Positions 22,241 to 31,849 of a DNA stretch of 38,158 bases are shown here, in pieces (position 1 is the stretch's first letter; every line of letters begins with the position of its first letter). Below the pieces are notes generated by a model. The model had not been told where the DNA came from. It searched no databases and saw only the letters and a list, made by a program, of their open reading frames with translations. The DNA lies in the NCBI GenBank assembly GCA_001687465.1, contig LVLI01000192.1, positions 62,001-100,158 of the forward strand, given 5' to 3'. This DNA comes from Halocafeteria seosinensis. Its lineage: Eukaryota. A program made the position numbers and the translations under genes.

Positions 22241-25200
22241 ATGGAGCATGGGAGAGCCTCCGCCACAACCAGCAGCGCTCGTTCGACAGGGATCTCTTCT
22301 GATTCGGCTGTAGGAGACGAGTACAGGCAGTCTGAGCATCTGACCATCGATGTATCCAAGCCTAGACACCCTCCACCACCTCCTCCAGCACATTCGGGTG
22401 GGAGGAAGCAGCAGGAAGGGAGCGATGCTAGGCAGACGTCTCCATCCTCTGTCGGCGAATCCATGCATACACCTGAACGAAAGGCTAATAAGAGCTCTCG
22501 AGACACCCCCACCAAGGGTGCACGAAAGGAAGTTACCCACCTCCGGACCATTGAGGATAGTGACAGTGAGTCCGGACGAGAAACGAAATCTGACGGTTCG
22601 GCAGCAGAAGCCTCTGGTGGGAATCATTCAGATAGCAGTGGGGAGGATCAAGGTTCACTGAGGTCCGGACACGAGTCGGCGGATGGTATGACGTTGCCAA
22701 CCAAGGGGAATAACTTACTGGAGGCTGAGTGGGAGGATGCAATCATCGAAGCCGAAAGAGTACGTGGCTCCCCTCGCAATTTCATATGTATTGCTAGTCT
22801 TTATCTGGATGCTTTCGTCGTCATTCCAGGGGCTGTATATGACTCCAAAGTGCCATTCCTTTCGGTATATAATCGGATGCACTTTGAGTATAGTATTGTT
22901 AGAAGGAGGTATTATACTTGTTTGGCTTGTGTTCGGTAGGTGGCAACCCAGGCAATAACGAGATGAAACACACACCACCAACACTTTGATGGTGTGGATT
23001 TGCAGGACAAGTTCGAGAGATAGTTCCATGGGAGATTTTCATCGCAGCCCTAGCTGCCGCATTTGTCTTTCCCCTTGTAGTTACGATTGCCTGCTCTTGG
23101 GAAGGAGCAGTACCGACAACAACGCTTCCGCGGGCGCTCGAGATGGCTGAGCCAGAAGAAGAGGACGATATCACTGGTCCAATTCGCAACGCTCGTTTTC
23201 CACTGCTTACCAACGTGGCCGGCGTACGAGAGAGCCAAGGGGATCACTTCAACATTACGACACTAAGAATGCTCTGGGAGTACGTGTTAAACATTGCATC
23301 TTTGTACCAATTGTATTCAATGGACGAGTTTCCTTCGATGCTACAGCACTGCTGTCAGTCGGTATTCTGGGAATTCGTGCCTTGGGGTACGCGTGGTGGA
23401 TAAACAACTTCGTCGAACGGCGGTAGTGGAAGGAGTACAGGAGCATTTCGAACATGCTGGCTTAAGTTCAGACTTTATTATGCTAAGCTATCAAGGTATA
23501 GTCTTGTCTTCCATCCTCATTTTGTATCAACAAGTATCATGTGGAACATGTTCATCACAGACGTACATAACAAAGTTCGTGCTGTCGGAGCGGGGTTCCA
23601 TGCCAAACTGAATCATATTGCTGCTGCCACAAGAGAGCTAGATTCCCGTAACATTGGAGTGTTTACTGCTTCCAAGATAGAATGGATTATCACATGTCTC
23701 GCATGCATGTGGTACAATATGCCGGTGATATCCCTGAACCCGTTTATGAGCGTACAGCAAATCGGGAATGCTTTGCAAAGTGTAAGCCATCCTCAGAACT
23801 GTAGAGCCTCAGCAGTCTCTTTACTTGCCCTTGTCTTCCTCCCAGACCAATGCCGCCATAATCGTGTGCGACTCTGCTGCGTATTTTAGCACTTTGGCGC
23901 AGTGCATCCGTAGCATCGGCATCAAATCAGCGGGAGGCGGTAGTAAACTGAATTCCATGGGAACAAATCTGCACGCCGTTGTGTATGTCGGACATGAACC
24001 ACCACCGAATGCGATAGGCATTTTCGACGATGTGGGAATCGAAGTACTTAGTTGGGAGGCGCTTGTAAACCTGGGTATGAGAAATCCGGTCAAAGACGAG
24101 CAACAAGCCTATCGGGTAATGATGGAGCACGGAAAGAAGAAGAGTGGGGTGTTTGAAAGCTCGGATGTTCACGAACTTCTCACTGTTGAGAGTATACAGG
24201 AGAGCCGGAAACAGCAGCAACATGGCGTCTCTACAGTGCCCCTACCTCAATCTGTTGCGTTGGTTAATTTTGGGGGGGAGCATGATGAAGCCGAGAGCCC
24301 TGCAATGACTCTACATACTCACGAAAATATTGTATCAGCTGTTGGTGGTGCGATAAGATCCCTCCCTCCTTTATATAGCAATGTAAGTATTCTGGCTGGA
24401 TGTCTTAATCCGCTGTTTGAGGACTGCAGCTTTTCATGCACCTTGTATCACACGCAGGATCGGTACTTAAGCTGTCTACCTCCTTTTCATTTGACGGAGC
24501 TATGTTTTCAACTATCCATTCTGTTCCACGGTGGAAGCATTGGTTTCGCTTCTTGCGATATTCTGAGCGCACCATACGGATCATCAGATGCTCCCAACGG
24601 GCGGGCTCCGGGTCTGTCACTGCCGATTCCGCTGCGAGATTCGCTGTCGTTTAGACCGACAATTCTGAACATTCCTCCATTGTCGTTGGAGCAAATTCGC
24701 AAAGGAATATTGTATTACGCAACCAAGCGCCGATTTCCAAAAGGTTTATGCTTTCGATGGGGACTGGTGCGCAAGAAGACTGCTTTTCAACAAGGAGTTG
24801 GCACACCCTTTTGGGATTCTGTTGTCTTCGACAGTATCCGACGGAACCTTTTGGGGGGTTCGCTGAGGCTTCTAATCAGTAGCGGTGGGAATTTGCATGC
24901 GGTTACACAACGGATACTCAGTACAACTTTATGCTGCCCCGTTATTCAGGTGTACGGAAACAGCGAAAGTAGTGGTGCTATAGCTATCCAATGGCCTGAT
25001 GATCGACAATTGCACAGAACGGGTCCACCATGTGCTTGCTGTGAAATAAAGCTTAGGCGATATGGTGCCTATCAGGCGCGCAGTGCTTATGGTGAGATTT
25101 GCGTAAGAGGACCAAACATGTACAACGCTTCGGATGACAATGAAAACGAGGGCAGCCGATGGGTTTCAACTGGTGATGTCGGCAGAATCAACGCAGATGG

Positions 25201-25636
25201 GACTCTCACTTTCGTTGGAAGGAAGCAGGACCTGATAGCATTCCCTCAAAAACTAGTATGTGCCCGCCGCATAGAAAACGTTTTACTTCTTCATGAGTTG
25301 GTGAAAAATGTTATGGTGACGAGAGAGGCCTCAGACAGTAGTCTCGTGGCAATAGTTTCTTTGGAAACCTCGCGTTTGAAGAAGTCCAGTTGTTGCTTCT
25401 CCTCACAAAGCCGGAAGGAAATCATGGCACTCCTGTATAAAGAGTTTTATGAATTAGTTGTATCCCATGGTATGGAAGAAGCTAAGATTCCGACGGTGGT
25501 TGTGGTGACGGAAGAGGAGTGGACGCCGGCTAACGGATTGCTGGATGTCTACCTTAATTTGAATCGAAGAGCAATATTTCACCGGTATTCGGATGAAATA
25601 GGCAAAATAGATGGGGAGAGTAGAAGCAATCCATAA
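22241..25636 (+). CDS. Long-chain acyl-CoA synthetase (AMP-binding) homologue with disordered N-terminus and two TM helices (~994 aa, 7 exons); catalytic motifs degenerate
   Basis: Exons 22241-22759, 22830-22935, 23006-23279, 23347-23495, 23561-23781, 23846-24382 and 24458-25636 sum to 2985 nt in frame. LACS-like segments: TTLRMLWDTAVSRYSGNSCLGVR, DRYLSCLPPFH, QVYGNSES, GEICVRGPNM, TGDVGRI..GRKQDLI and EEWTPANGLL. Confidence 0.85.
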
Positions 25637-25703
25637 ATTACTTGAAAGTGATTACAAATACATTTTGGACACCAAGTATCCCTATGTTACATGGTTGTTT
25701 CTT

Positions 25704-27887
25704 TCATTTTAGCTCAGTCGTATCGTACGTAACACTGACAAACTTTGCATTAGTTTTCATAGCCTGAACGTTCTCGGCAGACCGCTTCTTCTTTTCTTCT
25801 TCGGACGCTTCAGGCTCTGCAGGAACTGGTACATGTCTGTTCCCCCTAAGCCCTGTAAGATATCTAACAGTACGAGTTGGATTTGTGCCTCGTTCAATAC
25901 CTGTTTGTGTGCCCTGTTCACGAGGCAGATATACTTGACTCGAGTTGTCCCGTTTAAAGTGAGAATTATCAGTCTGCGTCCCATGTGTGACACAACCTCT
26001 GATCTTTGCCATTTTTAAAGCTCTGCGCCTCAACTCCCACTCATTCCACGTGTAGTTAGGCTGTATGCTCTTCTCGATAAAATGTACAGGCGTAGAAGTC
26101 GCGGCATCTGCTTTGGGTGGTTTATCTGACACTTCTGCAAAAGCCTCAGGTCCTGTAGCCCCTAATTCGGAGCCTTTTGCCACTGCTTCCGCATCAGCCT
26201 GAGTCATTCTTCCACCACTGTGAATTAGCGCAGGTAAGCTAGCCGCAGCAAAGTCTTTCTGCAGCCCCAGCAGATGGATCAATTCCGGGAATTTCCGGGC
26301 TCTCTCTTTTACTGTGTTCATAAATACAGTAGGAGTTTTGCTGAATCGCGCTAAGCTTAGATCATTAGAGCACACAATATGACCGTCCTTGAATCTAGCG
26401 ACCCCGAAATGAGGATTTCCAGGAATTAGCGCACCGTTATGCGGTGCATATTCGTCGCCATACGGTAGACCGAGGAGGGAAACAGGACAAAACCCTTGGA
26501 ACTCTAGCGGTAGCTGCATATATTCAGGATTCTGACTGACATTCAAAACTTCTGCTGTTTCCTTTGATTCTTCTCCAGAGCCCTCCTCAATGTTCTGAAT
26601 GAAATGCTCGAATAGGGCTATGGCACTCTCCACGGTTCTCAGTTGAAGCTGATGGTTGCTTCCTACCTTAGAAAGCAATGATCTTGTTTGTCTTACGGTG
26701 TTCAGATGTAGAGTGCAAACCGCTGGGGAGAGGAATGCTTTGAGACATTCTTTAACATGGCTTCTTGCGTAGACTGTCTGGGCGATATCACTCGCTTCCA
26801 GCCATACACGAGCGAGAGAGTTGAATTTTGGGTACACCTTTTCCTTTGGAACACTGGCCTTGCCGCCCACTATCTGTTTTGTGTCCGAAAGCTCTCTTCG
26901 GAACTCAGCTACACAATTCTTGATCTGGTTCTCATAGTTTGAAAGCTCTTCATGCAGAGTGTTGAGATATGACGCCAGTTGCCTCCTATTGTACAATTCG
27001 CGAATCCACCTTGCTCGTTTGTTCGAGGCAACTCGGATTTCCTCCAGACCCTCTCTGATATCGTGGAGAGCGCTGTACGCACGCTGATTATTGCTAGCCT
27101 CAAACGCACTATCCGGCCAAGCTTGCAGCGCATCACGCAGGTCAAGTGCTCGCAAGACGTCTCCGTACTGTTGTGCCATTTCTTCTGCTGCGTCAAGCTC
27201 CTGAGCAACTTCGCTTCGGGAGGACGAGACTTCAGCGAGTGCTTCCCCTAAGATATTGGTGACGCCAGCACCACCCTTGCCGATATCCCAGTTAAATAAC
27301 CGGATACCTAGCACGAGATGGGCCAACTCGTGGAGTTGTGCGTCTTTGTCTTCTCTAGTCAAATGCAGAAAGGCATTAAGTCCCGTTTGGGGAAATACAC
27401 TCTCCAAGGCAGTTGTTATCTCTTTGCGGGCAGCATCCCCTGTTGACGCTGCCTTACCGGTATGCACCTCTATGAACTCTTCAAGTAGCTGATACATGTA
27501 TGAAGTCACCTTGTACGGTAAGGCCGTTCCTTGTTGACGCGGTGGGACGCGAGACAGTTCTTCCGTTAAGTCCCGTAGTTTCTCTCCCCGCTCAAATTGA
27601 TTGTTTTCAACAATTCCTTGCTGCTTATAGTATTCTGAATCAAACTCCACTTGCATCCTCAACGTCTCTAAAGCGGGATCATTCCGTTCCTCCAGAGCTT
27701 CTAGACATTCCTCCACTAACTCGTGTTGGGCGTCGAAATCCATGGGCCGCTGAAACGAGTACCGGTCTTCGTGGTGGTAAACCATAGTGCGCACGAGATA
27801 CGCTGTAAACACTCGCCCGGGCGAAAATCCCACCACGCGCTGACTGCGCTGCATGACTTCCTCCACGACTTCCGTTAGAGGATCCAT
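25704..27887 (-). CDS. CFAP206: Cilia- and flagella-associated protein 206 (radial-spoke docking factor), intronless
   Basis: 727-aa ORF with ELAHLVLGIRLFN, LPLEFQGFCPV..LIPGNP..G, PELIHLLGL and TPVHFIEK..YTWNEWELRRRALKMA..THGTQTDNSHFKRDN.SQVYLP, characteristic of FAP206/C6orf165. Confidence 0.92.
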   Translation of the reverse strand: MDPLTEVVEEVMQRSQRVVGFSPGRVFTAYLVRTMVYHHEDRYSFQRPMDFDAQHELVEECLEALEERNDPALETLRMQVEFDSEYYKQQGIVENNQFERGEKLRDLTEELSRVPPRQQGTALPYKVTSYMYQLLEEFIEVHTGKAASTGDAARKEITTALESVFPQTGLNAFLHLTREDKDAQLHELAHLVLGIRLFNWDIGKGGAGVTNILGEALAEVSSSRSEVAQELDAAEEMAQQYGDVLRALDLRDALQAWPDSAFEASNNQRAYSALHDIREGLEEIRVASNKRARWIRELYNRRQLASYLNTLHEELSNYENQIKNCVAEFRRELSDTKQIVGGKASVPKEKVYPKFNSLARVWLEASDIAQTVYARSHVKECLKAFLSPAVCTLHLNTVRQTRSLLSKVGSNHQLQLRTVESAIALFEHFIQNIEEGSGEESKETAEVLNVSQNPEYMQLPLEFQGFCPVSLLGLPYGDEYAPHNGALIPGNPHFGVARFKDGHIVCSNDLSLARFSKTPTVFMNTVKERARKFPELIHLLGLQKDFAAASLPALIHSGGRMTQADAEAVAKGSELGATGPEAFAEVSDKPPKADAATSTPVHFIEKSIQPNYTWNEWELRRRALKMAKIRGCVTHGTQTDNSHFKRDNSSQVYLPREQGTQTGIERGTNPTRTVRYLTGLRGNRHVPVPAEPEASEEEKKKRSAENVQAMKTNAKFVSVTYDTTELK

Positions 27888-28284
27888 TTTTTCGCCGCTC
27901 GGTATCTACTGAACAATCAACATAAACCCGGAACCTCCAAGCCAGCCAAATGCGGTCAAATAGACGCGCGACAGCTTGTAATCCTCTTTCTGTGTACCCG
28001 TAGGCGTCAGTTGGAAATAGAGGTATGTAGGTATGGTGTGATTTTGGCGCCCTTGTCCCAGTTCACAGCCGACGGCTGGCGCAACAAACGCCTCCACGTC
28101 CCAAATAATAAAGCCCAAAAGAATCAAGTTGAATAAACAAAAGATATTAGCAACTAGACAATACGCTTCCCCACGAATAAGACCCTGGATTCCTGGAAAG
28201 CACGAACCGTCGGTTTGTGAAGATGGCCTCAACCTGTCAAAGTGCCGCTTTGTACCGTGTGACTAAGCAAGCGGATCTTAATCC

Positions 28285-28464
28285 ATGATCGTGCTCACTT
28301 TGTTAGCCTTAGCAACTATGTTTTATTTGTCTACGTTTAGATACGGGGGGGACTCACTGTACAGTGAAGTTCTATTTGAGCGTATGGAGTTACACGGCGA
28401 GAGGCCCCATCAACTTGCTCGCGATATTCTCGCGGGTACTGTTAAACAGCCACTTCCATATTGA
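28285..28464 (+). CDS. Candidate 59-aa small ORF with signal-peptide/TM-like N-terminus
   Basis: Reads MIVLTLLALATMFYLSTFRYGGDSLYSEVLFERMELHGERPHQLARDILAGTVKQPLPY*. It is too short to appear in the ORF track, and I recognise no homology. Confidence 0.25.
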   Translation: MIVLTLLALATMFYLSTFRYGGDSLYSEVLFERMELHGERPHQLARDILAGTVKQPLPY

Positions 28465-28635
28465 TGGAAACAATGCTATAAAAAAGCTAATTCAGCCGAA
28501 AGATGGTCAACATAGCCGAACGAGTTGCAGCTGATAAGGGGTATGAGCTGTGATTCAGCCTGGTCCGTCACCTGATAGCTGATTCGTGTTACTGTGGCCA
28601 TGGAATCCTACAAACCAAGATGCATAGCCTATAGT

Positions 28636-29457
28636 CTACATCGCAGGTTCATCATCTTCACCACCTCCACCTTCATCATCGCTTTCGTAGTAATTAACAG
28701 CGTAGTCATTGAAATCCTCGTCCACAGCTTCTTCCTCCTCGCCTTCCTGCATACAACATATGGATCCAGCCGACTAAAGTTCGCCACTAACAACAAGGTA
28801 CAAATAAATATAGCTTACAGCGCCCTCACTGCGGTTGTCTTCGTTTCCTTCTTCTTTCTCGTCTCCACCCTCTTTTCCGGATGCATCCTCTCCAGGTTTC
28901 CCCTCCTCATCCAGCTGCCCACTGCGCCTTCTCTTAAGACTCGAAGTACTCCCATAACTATAGCTTCGCGCCAAGCGAGCCACTTTCCGTGACGATTGAG
29001 CGAACAGTTCCCTCGTATACAACGGTGACTCTTTCAGAGGATGAACGATGTGCATCAGGTCATCAAACATGGAGTTCTCCGTCCTCCGTTTGTCCTGAGG
29101 CTCCCTATCTGAGTATTTTGTGATCTTTGTGGAAACAGGCACACGTTGCAAATGATACGACGAAGACTGTATAAAAGATTCAATCTCGTAAAGCCTCTGG
29201 GTAGGGAATGCATCTGTCTCGTCTCTCCATGTAAACGCAGGAAGTTTGGTTTTGGGGAAGCGCGCTGGTGGTTCATCCACCTGCAGTCGTATCAAGCGAT
29301 ACTAACACCCTCCAAAAATGTACGGAGATAACCGAGGCGTCCTTACCTGAGAGCTTTGAAGTACTCTAGACCCTACATCGGCGGCATCTTCGTTCTGTTC
29401 ATCGGTGGTCGCCGACGAGGACGACCTATGCATCGCTTTCCCCCCTCCACTAGCCAT
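28636..29457 (-). CDS. RPC31: RNA polymerase III subunit RPC31/RPC7 (POLR3G-like), ~227 aa, 3 exons
   Basis: Exons 29457-29347, 29280-28819 and 28746-28636 with phase-0 introns of 66 and 72 nt. Motifs DEPPARFP, SSYHL, ITKYSDR and YTRELF, plus the acidic tail EDFNDYAVNYYESDDEGGGGEDDEPAM. Confidence 0.75.
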
Positions 29458-29655
29458 ATTGCCAGTAATACAAGTATTGTTATTATCTTAGCATACCAGC
29501 ATTGTTCGCATGGAAGTTTTGTCGTTAACACCTTCTTATGACTGGACAAAACATGAAACACAAACCTTCTGTGGCATGAATGCTCTCGTTCACTGACTTT
29601 AGTGGCTTCACATTCGCTTGTGTGTTCGCTTTATACATATTGATACCGCTGTTGC

Positions 29656-30159
29656 ATGGACTCCTCGAAGATGTCTAATGGTGTTTCCTATTATTAATAT
29701 CATGGTGATCATTGTTCAGTGTGGAATCCATAGTACGGCATTTTTGTGCATTGTACAGCTGGGCATCCGAGCCACCATCTGCATGAGGGTCTTCGAAGAC
29801 TACATGATAACGTGTGGGGCCAACTAGTGAGCGAAGCCAAGGATGGAAAATGGAAGGATAAACAACTTCCAGCTGTCCTGTATTCGTTCCGTAAACATGT
29901 CGATAGTCTCAGATGCACCGCTGTTCGTTCTTTCCGAACTTCTGAAGGATGTCCCGCTGAGAATTCAAATTGTGACAAGCCAAGACTTCCATTCAATCTA
30001 TTCTCCATCGCATACCTCCGTACCTACAACGTATATTTCAAATTAACAGTATACAATATGAACTCAAGGAATCTCAGCCTTCCTTGGTTCGGCAGGAATT
30101 ACCAGTCCTTTGCAGAGTTTTTCGGTACAAGGACGAAACATGATGAAACGTCGAAATAG
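29656..30159 (+). other. Possible short spliced gene or decayed ORF, divergent from RPC31
   Basis: ATG 29656 (MDSSKMSN) and a possible intron 29681-29758 (weak donor, ttgtacAG acceptor) join in frame to ORF 29746-30159. No recognised domain. Confidence 0.2.
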
Positions 30160-30427
30160 CTAGCTGAGCTAGGAACTCAGCGTCCTTGTAGGACAGCAAC
30201 GCGCTTTTCCTTTGACTACGGCTATTTTCATAAGCGTTTCGTCATCGGGTATGACCACCCATACTTTGCCCTGAGTATGCTTAGCTCTTACAGGAAGCCG
30301 TGAGGACGGTTTCGCAGATGACCGAGAACGCAGTTCCTGAAATGTTGCTCTTTCTATACTGACTTTTCCCACTCACGGCACCTATCTATGGAAATGCATC
30401 ACTTGATCAGTATCAATGGTTACTGAG

Positions 30428-31799
30428 TTGAAGTGTGGTCTCGGGTGTTGCATGCAGCACGCGTGTTCTGTGTAACTTGAACCTCCTCCACCACCTCCGT
30501 GGTCGAGCAGCTCGAGCTGGCCAGGAAGAACCCATGACAGTATTCACGAGCGTACCTAACGGCGACGGCAAGAGTGAGATATAACTCAGTTTGAGTATTT
30601 CTGCAAAGCCAATGTTTTTAATCCTGATATGGGACCTAAAATATGCAGTAAACCGCTTGGAACCAGCATGTGGAAGCTAGTGTTCGCTTTCTCGCCTCTC
30701 ATACATGGATTTTCAGCCCAAATGCAAACCCGAATGCCCGAGGTTGAAGTAGCGAATGTTTATCTATATCGTATTGAAGCTTGTTGGGTAGAATAGTTGT
30801 ATGTGGGGAAAGGTATTGAAGAAAAAGAGTTGCCTGAAAAAGCCAAAAACGGAAAAACCATTTCTGGACAATCAGTTAATGGGTAATTATTTGGTTTAAT
30901 AAACTGATTTCGGGATCCAGCTAGCGCTGAAACAAAATATTAGTTCCATTTAAACGTGGAGTTAATTACTTTATTCATTGATATTTTGTAAAAGCGCCTT
31001 CTAAGCAAAAGAGATTTTCTTGCTCAGTAGCCGAAGCGGGGTCACTCACGCAGAAAACCGAAGAAGAAGTGATACCATTACGAGGCGTTCAGCAAGGTCC
31101 GTCATCCGCTTTTTTGTAAAGGTAAGTTCAATATTGCTTGATGCTATTGTGTCTTGTATGTGGAAGGGGTGAAGGGAAGACCACATGTTATTGAACTGAG
31201 GGGAATTCTGCCGACCGGACTGCCGGACAAATGAACGCTTTGCCAGTTGAGGTCTTTCCTTATTTTCTGCCTCCTCTTTGTGGTTCTCGCTGAGGCGGTG
31301 GAGCATTTTGTTTTATGTTGATCCGCCTGTCAGTGGTGTGGGCTGGTAGAAGGGCCATGAAGCTCCGCTGTTCTCAGAGTGTGTTGAAACAGCCAGTGAT
31401 TTCCCTGCGAAATCGGACATGGTTCTTGAAGATCTTCGTCCTCCGCCCTCCTACTGACCCCTTGAAAGTTTTTTTGTGGTTTTCGCGGAATGGGTCGCCC
31501 GAGGTTGAAGGGTTTACACTTCTGCACTTTTATTAGCCGGAATCATGGAGCAGATGCCTTCCAGTATTGAAGAATATGTCATTGTGAAACATCGGTTTCC
31601 CAGTTCAAGGGGTGATTAGGTAGTGGATTCCTACCAGTTGAACCTTTGGCGGGGTACGTGTTACGGCTCACCGGATCTCCCCTGTTGAAGGGCGGTAAAT
31701 GGTTGAAGGTCAAAAAAAAAGACGAATCGTTTTGAGAAACCTCCAAACGTTTAGAAAATCTCTAGAATTCCCTGTGGCTCATGTGACGAATTCTTTGAA
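30428..31799 (+). promoter_or_regulatory. Strand-biased TTGAA motif cluster upstream of the KDM5-like gene, including a 14-bp direct repeat
   Basis: 15 plus-strand TTGAA against 2 on the minus strand; 9 of them lie within 31384-31799. GCCCGAGGTTGAAG occurs at 30736 and 31497. The regulatory role is inferred only. Confidence 0.4.
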
Positions 31800-31849
31800 C
31801 ATTTTTTATGCAGAAGTGAAATTACCTGAGTGCCGGTGTTAAGGGAACA

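Noticed and set aside
28462..28515. Selenocysteine readthrough of the TGA ending the 59-aa ORF
   Set aside because: Only 16 more codons follow, with no redox motif context and no recognisable SECIS.
30428..31799. CRISPR array, suggested by recurring GTTGAA/ATTGAA at 30-47 nt spacing
   Set aside because: The shared core is only 5-6 nt, spacing is irregular, there are no cas genes and the context is eukaryotic with spliceosomal introns.
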